A stretch of DNA of 64,000 nucleotides from Acidimicrobiaceae bacterium (GCA_027306585.1 DAHUZJ010000021.1:3564-67563); one strand, 5' to 3'. Positions 10,834 to 19,647 are shown, numbered from the stretch's first letter. The notes: a model not told the origin generated them from the sequence alone. A program made the numbers and translations.

Positions 10834-11793
10834 ATGGACGCCGGCGACGGGGGACCCGCTCCGGCCGCCGGCCCGGCGGCGGCGGCCGGAGCGGCGCCCG
10901 GACGGACGGGGAGCCCCGAGGGGCGCCGGCCGGTGACCGTGCCGGCGGTCCGGCTGCGCAAGCGGCGGGCCGGTCACCAGCCCCTGGTCGTGGTGACCGC
11001 CTACGACACCCCCGGGGCGCGCATCGCCGACGCCGGGGGGGTCGACGTGATCCTCGTCGGCGACTCGCTGGCCAACAACGTCCTCGGCTACGAGGACACC
11101 CTCCAGGTCACGATCGAGGTCATGGCGCACCACACGGCGGCCGTGGCTCGGGCCCGGCCGAGCGCGCTGGTGGTGGCCGACATGCCGTGGCTCAGCTACC
11201 ACCTGGGCGCCGAGGACGCCGTGCGCAACGCCGCCACGCTGGTCCGGGCGGGTGCGCAGGCCGTGAAGCTCGAGGGCGGGACGTCACGGGTCCCGGCGAT
11301 CGAGGCCATCGTGGGAGCCGAGATCCCGGTGATGGGCCATCTGGGCCTCACTCCGCAATCCGTGCTCGCCATGGGCGGTTACCGGGTCCAGGCCCGGGAC
11401 GCGGACGCGGCGGCGAGCCTGCGTGACGCGGCACAGGCGATCGCCGGCGCGGGGTGCTTCTCGCTGGTGCTCGAAGGGGTGCCCGACGTGGTGGCGGCGG
11501 CCGTCACCGACGCCGTGGACGTCCCGACGATCGGGATCGGCGCCGGGCCGGCCTGCGACGGCCAGGTGCTCGTGTACCACGACCTGCTCGGGCTGGCCCA
11601 TGGACCGCGGCCCAAGTTCGTGCGCCAGTACGCCGACCTGGAGGCCGTCGCCGTGGAGGCCGTCGCCGCCTACGCCGCCGACGTCCGATCGGGGACATTC
11701 CCGAGCGACGCCGAGAGCTACCACGCCGCGCCAGAGGTCGCCGAGCGCCTTGGGGCGGCCCCGCCCGGCGGGTCCCGCACGCCGGTGCGCTAG
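10834..11793 (+). CDS. panB: 3-methyl-2-oxobutanoate hydroxymethyltransferase
   Basis: Motifs VVVTAYD, ILVGDSLANNVLGY, VKLEGG and IGIGAG. The start is placed at ATG 10834, after the stop of the upstream gene. Confidence 0.9.
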   Translation: MDAGDGGPAPAAGPAAAAGAAPGRTGSPEGRRPVTVPAVRLRKRRAGHQPLVVVTAYDTPGARIADAGGVDVILVGDSLANNVLGYEDTLQVTIEVMAHHTAAVARARPSALVVADMPWLSYHLGAEDAVRNAATLVRAGAQAVKLEGGTSRVPAIEAIVGAEIPVMGHLGLTPQSVLAMGGYRVQARDADAAASLRDAAQAIAGAGCFSLVLEGVPDVVAAAVTDAVDVPTIGIGAGPACDGQVLVYHDLLGLAHGPRPKFVRQYADLEAVAVEAVAAYAADVRSGTFPSDAESYHAAPEVAERLGAAPPGGSRTPVR

Positions 11794-11843
11794 CATCGTC
11801 GGGTCCGGCACGGCCGCCGTGGGCGGCCCAGCGTTGCGCCGCC

Positions 11844-11878
11844 GGGCAGGCAGTGACCCTGCCCCGCATGGCGCGGGG
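11844..11878 (+). promoter_or_regulatory. two overlapping (mutually exclusive) hairpins in the rpsF 5' leader
   Basis: Hairpin 1 is GGGCAGG (11844-11850) with CCTGCCC (11858-11864). Hairpin 2 is CCCCGC (11862-11867) with GCGGGG (11873-11878). They lie about 45-80 nt upstream of the rpsF ATG. Confidence 0.2.
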
Positions 11879-11921
11879 CCCGGACGCCGAGCGCGCCGGT
11901 CCAGAGGGAGGTGAGCCGCCC

Positions 11922-12296
11922 ATGCGGCCCTACGAAGTCATGGTCATCTTCGACACCGGCGCGGAGCCGCCGGCGATCCAGGCGGTCGTCGACCGCCTGC
12001 TCGAGACCATCCGCACTGCGGAGGGCACCCCCGGGGCGATCGACCGGTGGGGACGCCGGCCCTTCGCCTACGAGGTGAAGCACCGCCGCGAGGGCTACTA
12101 CGTGCTGGTGGACTTCTCCGGCACGAGCCGCACGGTCGCCGACGTGGACCGGATGCTGTCCCTGGCGGACGAAGTGCTGCGGCACAAGGTGATCCGCGTC
12201 CCCGAGAAGTTGGCGCGCCGGTCCAAGGGGTCGGACGGGGGAGCGCCGGCGGCGGGTCGTGCCCGGCCCGAGCCGGCCGGGCAGACGGCCGGTTGA
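11922..12296 (+). CDS. rpsF: 30S ribosomal protein S6
   Basis: MRPYEVMVIF ... RWGRRPFAYEV ... GYYVLV. A GGAGG lies about 10 nt upstream. The rpsF-ssb-rpsR-rplI order is conserved. Confidence 0.95.
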   Translation: MRPYEVMVIFDTGAEPPAIQAVVDRLLETIRTAEGTPGAIDRWGRRPFAYEVKHRREGYYVLVDFSGTSRTVADVDRMLSLADEVLRHKVIRVPEKLARRSKGSDGGAPAAGRARPEPAGQTAG

Positions 12297-12330
12297 CGGG
12301 CGCCGAGCCCACGGACGAGGAGGGAGCGCC

Positions 12331-12792
12331 ATGCCGGACAACAGCGTGACCCTGGTGGGGAACGTGACCCGCGACCCCGAATTGCGGTTCACCAACACGG
12401 GGCAGCCGACGGCGTCGTTCGGGCTGGCGGTCAACCGCCGCTGGCAGAACCGCCAGACCCAGGAGTGGGAGGAGGCGACCAGCTTCTTCGACGTCGTCTG
12501 CTGGCGGGAGATGGCGGAGAACGTGAGCGAGACCATCACCCGTGGGGCGCGGGTGGTGGTGTGCGGTCGGCTCGAGCAGCGCAGCTGGGAGACGCCGGAG
12601 GGGGACCGCCGGTCGAAGGTCGAGGTGATCGCCGACGAGGTCGGCCCGTCGCTGCGCTGGGCGACGGCACAGGTGGTGAAGAACGAGCGCCGCGGCCCCT
12701 CGGAGGGTCCGCGGGGCGGGGGGCGCCCGGCGCCCCCCGCCCGTCCGGCGGAGCCCGCCGGCGGGTACGGCTATGACGAGGAGCCTTTCTGA
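12331..12792 (+). CDS. ssb: single-stranded DNA-binding protein
   Basis: OB-fold N-terminus ([16 protein letters not shown]), a Gly/Pro-rich linker and the acidic tip DEEPF. Confidence 0.95.
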   Translation: MPDNSVTLVGNVTRDPELRFTNTGQPTASFGLAVNRRWQNRQTQEWEEATSFFDVVCWREMAENVSETITRGARVVVCGRLEQRSWETPEGDRRSKVEVIADEVGPSLRWATAQVVKNERRGPSEGPRGGGRPAPPARPAEPAGGYGYDEEPF

Positions 12793-13304
12793 TGGCACGC
12801 AGCAATTATCGCGGTGGGACCGCCCGCCGGGCGCCCAAGGACCTGAACCGCCGGGTCAAGAAGAAGCCCTGCCAGCTCTGCCGCGACCACGTCGAGTGGG
12901 TGGACTACAAGGACGTCCCGCTCCTCAGGAAGTTCGTGAGCGACCGGGGCAAGATCCGCTCGCGCCGGGTCACCGGCAACTGTGCGCAGCACCAGCGCGA
13001 CATCGCCCAAGCCATCAAGACGGCCCGCGAGCTCGTGCTCTTGCCGTACACCCAGCGCACCGTGACCGAGCGGCCCGGTGGCCGTGGTGGGCGCGGTGCC
13101 CGGGGCGAACGGGAGCACGGGCGTGAGGGCCGTGAGGGGCGCGGTGAGGGCCGTGAGGGCCGTGAGGGCCGCGGCGAGGGCCGTGAGGGGCGCCCGCCCG
13201 CGGGCTCGGCCGCCAACGGGGCCGAGGCGCCGGGTGGGGCTGGCGGGGCGGCGCCGGTGGATGGCGGGACCCAGGCCGAGGTGACCGAGGCGGCGCGGCC
13301 ATGA
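12792..13304 (+). CDS. rpsR: 30S ribosomal protein S18 with an approximately 80-aa Arg/Gly/Glu-rich C-terminal extension
   Basis: The S18 core reads [50 protein letters not shown]. It overlaps ssb by TGATG and rplI by ATGA. At 170 aa it is roughly twice the usual S18 length. Confidence 0.9.
   Translation: MARSNYRGGTARRAPKDLNRRVKKKPCQLCRDHVEWVDYKDVPLLRKFVSDRGKIRSRRVTGNCAQHQRDIAQAIKTARELVLLPYTQRTVTERPGGRGGRGARGEREHGREGREGRGEGREGREGRGEGREGRPPAGSAANGAEAPGGAGGAAPVDGGTQAEVTEAARP
13119..13193 (+). repeat. in-frame 30-bp tandem repeat (2.5 copies) encoding [10 protein letters not shown] inside the rpsR tail
   Basis: Copy 1 is 13119-13148, copy 2 is 13149-13178 and a partial copy is 13179-13193. The translation is [25 protein letters not shown]. 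Confidence 0.85.
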
Positions 13305-13750
13305 GGGTCGTCTTGCGGCAGGACGTGGACGGCGTGGGGCGTCGTGGCGACATCGTGGACGTCACGGGCGGCTTCGCCCGGAACTTCCTCTTCCCCGCCG
13401 GGCGCGCCATCGTCGCCACGGACGGGGTCGAGCACCAGGCGGCCGCCATGCGCCGGGCACGTGACCAGCGACAGGCCAGGTCGCGCGAGGCGGCCATGGC
13501 CAAGGCGCAGGTGCTGGCGGGGGCCACGCTGCGGATCACCGCCCGCGCCAGCGGCAAGGGCAAGCTGTTCGGCTCGGTGAGCGCCGCCGACGTCGCCGAC
13601 GCCGCCCGCGAGCAGAAGGGCGTCGACCTCGACCGCCACCAGGTGGCGTTGGACGAGCCCATCAAGCTCGTCGGCACCCATGAGGTGCCGGTCCACCTCT
13701 TCGAGGACGTCGGCACCGCGGTGATGGTCGAGGTCGTTCCCGCCGGCTGA
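13301..13750 (+). CDS. rplI: 50S ribosomal protein L9
   Basis: [32 protein letters not shown] is a typical L9 N-terminus. 149 aa. Confidence 0.95.
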   Translation: MRVVLRQDVDGVGRRGDIVDVTGGFARNFLFPAGRAIVATDGVEHQAAAMRRARDQRQARSREAAMAKAQVLAGATLRITARASGKGKLFGSVSAADVADAAREQKGVDLDRHQVALDEPIKLVGTHEVPVHLFEDVGTAVMVEVVPAG

Positions 13751-14025
13751 CCCGCCGGCGGACCGGCCCGGGAGAGCCGCCCGGGAGAGCCGCCGCCGCT
13801 CCCGCTCGTCGCCCGTTCCGAACGCCCCGGCGACCGGCCGCACCGCGGCCGTTCGTGGCGTGTCACACCCCGACGGCACCATTTTGGCGTGCCCGTACGA
13901 CGCCGGCCCGCCGTCCACCGCTTGTCCACAGGTCCGACCACAGGCAACCCGGGAAAGATCGCACACAATCCCCAGGTTGTTGCCCTGTTGCTCAACAGGC
14001 CATTTCGCGCAAGGTAGTCGACGCC

Positions 14026-16416
14026 ATGGTGCAGGCCTTCGATGACAGCAGGAGCCGCCGCCTCCGCCCGGCGGGGGGCGGCGGAGCGGCGGCAGCGACC
14101 CCGGCGGGTAGCCGGGGAACCCGCGTGCCGCCCCACGACCTCGACGCCGAGGAGTCGCTCCTCGGCTCGATGCTGTTGTCGAGCGACGCCGTCGTCGCCG
14201 CCATCGAGCGGTGCTCGGCCGCCGACTTCTACAAGCCGGCGCACGGCCACATCTTCACCGCCATCGTCACCCTCTTCGAGCAGGGCGAGCCGGTCGACGC
14301 GGTCACCGTGGCCGACGAGCTGCGGCGGAGAGACCTGCTCGACGCCGTGGGTGATCCGGCGGTGCTGGTCTCCCTCCAAGCCAACACCCCGTCGATCGCC
14401 AATGCCGGCCATTACGCCACCATCGTGGAGGAGCACGCGCTGCTGCGCAGGATGATCGGCGTGGCGGGGGAGATGGCCGAGATCGGTTACTCCGTGCCCC
14501 CGGACGTGACGGCCGCCGTCGACGAAGCCGAGCGGATGGTGTTCGACCTCGCCGAGCGGCGCACCACCGACACCGTGACCGCCCTCAAGGACTTGATCGG
14601 TCCCAGCCTCGACCGCATCGAGGAGCTGTCGCAGCGCACCGGGCGCATCACCGGGGTTGCCACCGGCTACTCCGAGCTCGACGAGATCCTGGCCGGCCTG
14701 CAGGCGGCCAGCCTGACGATCGTGGGCGCCCGACCCGCGATGGGAAAGGCCCTCGCCCTCGACACGCCGGTGCCGACGCCGAGCGGCTGGACGACGATGG
14801 GTGGCGTCCGGGTCGACGACGAGGTGCTCGACGAGCAGGGGCGGTCGTGCCTGGTCACGTACACGTCGCCCGTCTTCGTGGGGCACCGCTGCTTTCGCGT
14901 GTGCTTCGACGACGGGAGCTCGCTCGTGGCCGACGCCGGCCATCGCTGGCTCGCCTACGACTTCACCGCCTGGAAGGAGCACCGAGCGGGCGACGCCCGG
15001 CTGGTACGCGGCCTCCCCGACTGTCCGGAGGTCGCAGGCCACCGGTTGGCGCCACGCGGGCTCCCGCGGGTCGTGACCACCGAGCAGATGCTGGCTGAAG
15101 GGCTGCGCACGCCGCGCGGCCGTCGGCCGAAGTGGTACGTGCCGCTCGCCGGGCCGCTCGACGGGCCCGACGCGGAGCTGCCGGTCGATCCCTACGTCCT
15201 CGGCTGCTGTGTGGGCGGCGGTGCCATGGGCGCCGCCGAGCCCGGCTCAGCCGAACGTCCCGTGGGGCCGGTCGTGCAGATCCCGCCGGCGTACCTCCGC
15301 GCGTCGGCCAAGCAGCGCCTGGCGCTCCTCCAGGGGCTGATGGACACCTGCGGCGCGCTGGCGGACCGGAACGGGACGGTCGAACTGTGCCTGCGCGATC
15401 GGGATCTGTTGGAGCAGGCGTGGGAGGTGGTCTGCACGCTGGGGCACAAGCCCCGGCCGGTCGAGGAGCGAGTGCGTCCCCTTCCCGACGGCCGGGTGGG
15501 GCGAGCCTGGCGCTTCGCCTGGGCGCCGAGGGACCCGGTGTTCGCGAGGCCCGACATGGCCGAGCGGTTGGCCGCCACGGCCAGCAGACGGCGCATCGGC
15601 CGCCACACCCGGAGGGCGGTGGTCGCGGTGGAGGAAGTCCCGAGCATCCCGGTGCGCTGCATCGCGGTCAGCTCGGCCTCACGCCTGTTCCTGGCCGGCC
15701 GCTGCATGACGCCGACGCACAACACGAGCTTCGCCCTCGGGATGCTGGCCCACGTCGGCGTCGTCCTCCGGCGGCCGGCCCTTCTCTTCTCGCTCGAGAT
15801 GGGGCACTTCGAGCTGACCCAGCGGATGCTGGCGTCGGACGCCCGGGTCGACTCGCAGCGGATGCGCACGGGCCACCTCCACGAGGCCGATTGGGCGAAG
15901 GTGGGTGCCGCGGTCAGCCGCCTGAGCGACGCCACCGTCTTCATCGACGACAAGCCGAACCTCACCTTGATGGACATCCGTGCGCGGGCCCGCCGGCTGA
16001 AGAAGAGCGAGGGCGATCTCGGCCTGGTCGTCGTGGACTACCTCCAGCTCATGACGGGCCGCGGCCGGGCGGAGAACCGCCAGGTCGAGGTGGCCGAGAT
16101 CAGCCGGGGGCTCAAGATCCTCGCCCGGGAGCTCGACTGTCCCGTGGTGGCGCTGTCCCAGCTGTCCCGGGGGCTCGAGGCACGGCAGGACAAGCGGCCG
16201 ATGCTGTCCGACCTACGGGAGTCCGGCTCCCTCGAGCAGGACGCCGACGTGGTGCTGTTCATCTACCGCGAGGAGGCGTACGACCCCGAGACGCCGATCG
16301 ACCGCCGTGGCATCGCCGAGATCATCGTGGCCAAGCACCGCAACGGGCCGACCGGGTCGGCACATCTGGTCTTCCTCGGCCAGTACGCCAGGTTCGACAA
16401 CCTGAAGACCGTGTAG
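14026..16416 (+). CDS. dnaB: replicative DNA helicase DnaB, intein-containing precursor (796 aa; 471 aa after excision)
   Basis: N-terminus PPHDLDAEESLLGSMLL. The Walker A motif GARPAMGK is interrupted and resumes with TSFALGM. Later motifs are VVDYLQLM and ALSQLSRG. Confidence 0.95.
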   Translation: MVQAFDDSRSRRLRPAGGGGAAAATPAGSRGTRVPPHDLDAEESLLGSMLLSSDAVVAAIERCSAADFYKPAHGHIFTAIVTLFEQGEPVDAVTVADELRRRDLLDAVGDPAVLVSLQANTPSIANAGHYATIVEEHALLRRMIGVAGEMAEIGYSVPPDVTAAVDEAERMVFDLAERRTTDTVTALKDLIGPSLDRIEELSQRTGRITGVATGYSELDEILAGLQAASLTIVGARPAMGKALALDTPVPTPSGWTTMGGVRVDDEVLDEQGRSCLVTYTSPVFVGHRCFRVCFDDGSSLVADAGHRWLAYDFTAWKEHRAGDARLVRGLPDCPEVAGHRLAPRGLPRVVTTEQMLAEGLRTPRGRRPKWYVPLAGPLDGPDAELPVDPYVLGCCVGGGAMGAAEPGSAERPVGPVVQIPPAYLRASAKQRLALLQGLMDTCGALADRNGTVELCLRDRDLLEQAWEVVCTLGHKPRPVEERVRPLPDGRVGRAWRFAWAPRDPVFARPDMAERLAATASRRRIGRHTRRAVVAVEEVPSIPVRCIAVSSASRLFLAGRCMTPTHNTSFALGMLAHVGVVLRRPALLFSLEMGHFELTQRMLASDARVDSQRMRTGHLHEADWAKVGAAVSRLSDATVFIDDKPNLTLMDIRARARRLKKSEGDLGLVVVDYLQLMTGRGRAENRQVEVAEISRGLKILARELDCPVVALSQLSRGLEARQDKRPMLSDLRESGSLEQDADVVLFIYREEAYDPETPIDRRGIAEIIVAKHRNGPTGSAHLVFLGQYARFDNLKTV
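14749..15723 (+). mobile_element. class-3 (WCT) intein in the DnaB P-loop with a degenerate LAGLIDADG region
   Basis: 325-aa in-frame insert ALALDTPVPTPSGW...TPTHN, followed by a +1 Thr that restores GKT. Block B is GHRW, block F is VRCIAV and block G is THN. The LAGLIDADG-like helices PYVLGCCVGGG and LLQGLMDTCG lack the acidic catalytic residues. Confidence 0.85.
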
Positions 16417-16443
16417 GCGAGCGAGCGGGTCGCCCGGCCGCGC

Positions 16444-18000
16444 TCATGCGGCGTCGAGGGGCTCGAGGGTGCGGTCCGGCTCTTCGATGCCGGTGCTCGA
16501 CCGTGCCATCACCCCCGCCTCGACCGCCGTGCGGCGGTGCCGGACGAAGATCGCCACCACCGCCAGCCCGGCGACGGCGAACAGCGTCCCGACCTCGAAC
16601 GCGCGGTCGATGCCGCCTGCGAGCACCGCGTCCGCCGCCGCCCCGCCGTGCCCCGACAACGCCAGGTGGTGCGTCGCCGCCCCGAAGACGGTGACCAGCA
16701 CCGCCACGCCCAGCGCCCCCCCGAGTTGCTGGCTGACGTTGACGAGCCCGGAGGCGGCGCCGGCGTCAGTGGCGACGACGTCGACGAGCGACGCGGTCGT
16801 GAGCGACACGAACGAGACGCCCGATCCCACGCCGACCAGCACGAGGCTCGCCACCACCTGGGGATAGCCCGTGCCGGCATGGAGGCGTGCTGCCAGGAGC
16901 AGCCCCAGCGTCGACAGCGCGATACCGGCGAGCATGAGGCGCTTCGGGCTGAACCGCCGGACCAGCACCCGGCTGGTGAGCTGCGACGCGAGGAACACGG
17001 AGACCGGCATCGGCAGGAACGCGGCGCCCCCGCGCAGTGGGGAGTAGCCGTCGACCTCCTGGAGGAACTGGGACAGGAAGAAGAACATCCCGTACATGCC
17101 GCAGTAGACGAGGCCTCGAGCGGCGTTGGCGGCGCTGCGGGTGGGGTGGCTGAGCAGGTGCAAGGGAAGGATCGGCTCCTTGGCCGTGCGCTCGACCAGC
17201 ACGAACCCCGCCAGCAGGGCGACGCCGCCCAGGAGCGCGCCCAGGGTGAGGGGCCCCGTCCAGCCGTCACTGCTGGCCTGGACGAGCCCGAGGACGACCC
17301 CTGCCATGCCGAGCGTCGAGGTGAGCGCGCCGGCGACGTCGAACCGTCCTTGGCGGACCGGGGTCTCGCCCAGCACCCGGTGGCCCACCACCGCGACCAC
17401 GACGCCGATCGGGACGTTGACGAACATCACCCACCGCCATCCGACCCACTCGGTCAGGATGCCGCCGGCCACCAGGCCCACGGCACCCCCGGCGGCCGAG
17501 ACGGCCGTGAACAGGGCGATCGCCCTGACCCGGGCTGCGCCCTCGGGGAACAGCGTGGTGAGCAGGGCGAGGGCCGACGGTGCGGCCAGCGCCCCCCCGA
17601 CGCCCTGGACCGCCCGGGCCGCCAGCAACATGCCGCCGGAGGGAGCGAAGCCGCCGGCGAGCGAGGCGACGGAGAAGAGCGCGATCCCGCCCACGAACAC
17701 CCGGCGGCGACCGACGAGATCGCCCGAGCGGGCGCCGAGGAGCAGGAGCCCTCCGAAGGTCAGCACGTAGGCGTTGAGCACCCAGGACAGGTTGGCCGTC
17801 GAGAAGCCGAGCGCGGCCTGGATGTGGGGGAGGGCGACGTTGACGATGGTGGCGTCGAGGACGACCATGAGCTGGGCCGTCAGGATGACGAGCAGCCGGA
17901 ACGTGGGTCCGGCGACGGCGCGCGGCGGCCGGCGCCCCGGGGGTCCGGGGAACGGCGCGCCGTGGCGCGGGCGCGAGGCAGCACGGTGAGGGGAGGGCAT
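16444..18000 (-). CDS. MFS transporter, DHA2 (EmrB/QacA-like, about 14 TMS) drug-efflux type
   Basis: 518 aa with LMVVLDATIVNVALPHIQ and LLGARSGDLVGRRRV motifs and many TM helices. It is divergent from a TetR gene. Confidence 0.85.
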   Translation of the reverse strand: MPSPHRAASRPRHGAPFPGPPGRRPPRAVAGPTFRLLVILTAQLMVVLDATIVNVALPHIQAALGFSTANLSWVLNAYVLTFGGLLLLGARSGDLVGRRRVFVGGIALFSVASLAGGFAPSGGMLLAARAVQGVGGALAAPSALALLTTLFPEGAARVRAIALFTAVSAAGGAVGLVAGGILTEWVGWRWVMFVNVPIGVVVAVVGHRVLGETPVRQGRFDVAGALTSTLGMAGVVLGLVQASSDGWTGPLTLGALLGGVALLAGFVLVERTAKEPILPLHLLSHPTRSAANAARGLVYCGMYGMFFFLSQFLQEVDGYSPLRGGAAFLPMPVSVFLASQLTSRVLVRRFSPKRLMLAGIALSTLGLLLAARLHAGTGYPQVVASLVLVGVGSGVSFVSLTTASLVDVVATDAGAASGLVNVSQQLGGALGVAVLVTVFGAATHHLALSGHGGAAADAVLAGGIDRAFEVGTLFAVAGLAVVAIFVRHRRTAVEAGVMARSSTGIEEPDRTLEPLDAA

Positions 18001-18029
18001 GGGCAGCGACCTTTCCGCTGGTAGGCTTC

Positions 18030-18055
18030 AACCGGAAGCTTCCTCCGGTTACTAT
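18030..18055. promoter_or_regulatory. candidate TetR operator overlapping a -10-like TACTAT in the MFS/tetR divergent region
   Basis: AACCGGA (18030-18036) and TCCGGTT (18044-18050) form a perfect inverted repeat. The nested GGAAGCTTCC (18034-18043) is a perfect 10-bp palindrome. TACTAT lies at 18050-18055. Confidence 0.4.
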
Positions 18056-18102
18056 ACGGAGGGATCCTCCACTTTGCAACTCCTGGCCGTACCGGGGCGA
18101 GA

Positions 18103-18738
18103 ATGATGGCAATGAGCAGGGATGACGCGACGGATGCGACCGCCGCCGGCCGTCCGCTCCGGGCGGACGCCCGGCGCAACTACGCCCGTCTCCTCGAAGC
18201 CGCCCGCCGCGTCTTCGCCGAACAGGGTGCCGAGGCGTCCATGGAGGCGGTCGCTCGGCAGGCGGGGGTCGGGGTCGGAACCCTCTACCGCCGGTTCCCC
18301 CACCGGATCGACCTGGTGGAGGCCGTCTACCGCGATGACGTCGAGGAGCTCATGGGCGCCGCCGAGCGGGCGGTGGCCGAGCTCGGACCGTGGGAGGCGC
18401 TGGCCGAGTGGCTGCATGCCTTCTTGCGCTACGCGAGCAGCAAGCGCACGCTCCTCCAGGAGCTGCGGGAGGCCTTCGACAAGAACCCGGAGCTCCGGAG
18501 CAGCTCGCGGGAGCGGATCGAGCAGGCGGCCGACCTGGTCCTCGAGCGGGCGCAATCGGCGGGGCTCGTCCGGGACGACGTCGTCGGGTCCGATCTGATG
18601 CAGCTGATCGGTCCGATGTGCACGAGCGCCACCCTCACCGAGGGCCAGGGCGAGCGGCTGCTGGGGATGGTGCTCGACGGGCTTCGTCCCGGCCCCGGAT
18701 CGGTGGCGGCGCGCATCGGGAGCCCGCCCGCCGGCTGA
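18103..18738 (+). CDS. TetR family transcriptional regulator
   Basis: HTH region ARRNYARLLEAARRVFAEQGAEASMEAVARQAGVGVGTLYRRFP. 211 aa. Confidence 0.9.
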   Translation: MMAMSRDDATDATAAGRPLRADARRNYARLLEAARRVFAEQGAEASMEAVARQAGVGVGTLYRRFPHRIDLVEAVYRDDVEELMGAAERAVAELGPWEALAEWLHAFLRYASSKRTLLQELREAFDKNPELRSSSRERIEQAADLVLERAQSAGLVRDDVVGSDLMQLIGPMCTSATLTEGQGERLLGMVLDGLRPGPGSVAARIGSPPAG

Positions 18739-18744
18739 CGCGCG

Positions 18745-19482
18745 CTAGGGCTCGAAGCGAAAGCCCACCCCCCGCACGGTGACCAGGTGACGGGGCCGGG
18801 CCGGGTCCACTTCGAGCTTGTGGCGCAACCGCTTGACGTGCGTGTCCAGGGTGCGAGTGTCGGACAGCTCCTGGTCCCACCACAGCCGGTCGATGCACAG
18901 CTCCCGGGTCACCACCTGGCCGGCGTGGGACATCAGCAGCGCCAACAGGTCGAACTGCTTGCGCGAGAGGTCGACGGCCGAGCCACGGACGGTGACCTCT
19001 CGCCGGGCGGTGTCCAGGCGAACGGGCCCGCCGACGAGCACCTCCTCGGTGGCCGGCGGCGGCAGCGGGTTCCGCCGCAGCACGGCGCGCATCCGGGCCA
19101 CCAGCTCCCGGAGGCGGAACGGCTTGGCCACGTAGTCGGAAGCACCCAGCTCCAGGCCGACGACGACGTCCACCTCGGCGTCACGCGCCGTCACCATGAT
19201 GATCGGCACCCCGGGCGCCAGTGCCCGCATCCGGCGGCACACCTCGATCCCCGACTCGTCCGGCAGCATGAGGTCGAGGAGCACGAGGTCGGGCCGGAGG
19301 TCCTCGAAGGCCTGGAGGCCTTCACGGGCCGTCGCCGCCACCTGGGTGGCGAACCCCTCCTGGCCCAGACCCGACGCCAAGGCCTGGCGGTAGGACTCCT
19401 CGTCGTCGACGACCAGGACGACGGGACGGCTGTCGTCCGTGGAGCGGCCCGACGGGCCCCTCTCCAGCAGGTCGCCCGTCAT
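18745..19482 (-). CDS. OmpR/PhoB-type response regulator (no adjacent histidine kinase)
   Basis: Receiver motifs VLVVDDE, DLVLLDLMLPD and YVAKPF. The winged-helix region reads LSRKQFDLLALLM ... VRGVGFRF. Confidence 0.9.
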   Translation of the reverse strand: MTGDLLERGPSGRSTDDSRPVVLVVDDEESYRQALASGLGQEGFATQVAATAREGLQAFEDLRPDLVLLDLMLPDESGIEVCRRMRALAPGVPIIMVTARDAEVDVVVGLELGASDYVAKPFRLRELVARMRAVLRRNPLPPPATEEVLVGGPVRLDTARREVTVRGSAVDLSRKQFDLLALLMSHAGQVVTRELCIDRLWWDQELSDTRTLDTHVKRLRHKLEVDPARPRHLVTVRGVGFRFEP

Positions 19483-19596
19483 GCTGCGTCATCGGGGGGG
19501 TCGGCGGGCGGGGGAGGTGCAATGGCAGATGTAGAGCCGCCGGCCACTGCTGGTCCCACCGGGTGGTCGTGGGACTCGCCCCGACGGGCCCCAAGG

Positions 19597-19647
19597 GGAG
19601 GCGGCGGGACCGAAGGCCGGGGGGGAGGACCTTCGGTCGCCGCCTCC
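19597..19647. other. long GC-rich hairpin in an ORF-poor gap
   Basis: The left arm GGAGGCGGCG-GG-ACCGAAGG (19597-19616) pairs with CCTTCGGTCGCCGCCTCC (19630-19647). That gives 18 bp with a 2-nt bulge and a 13-nt loop. Confidence 0.5.

Noticed and set aside
13782-13804. CGGGAG/CTCCCG hairpin and a CCCGGGAGAGCCG direct repeat after rplI as a terminator
   Set aside because: The stem is only 6 bp with an 11-nt loop and no T-tract. That is too weak to call, and dnaB may be co-transcribed.
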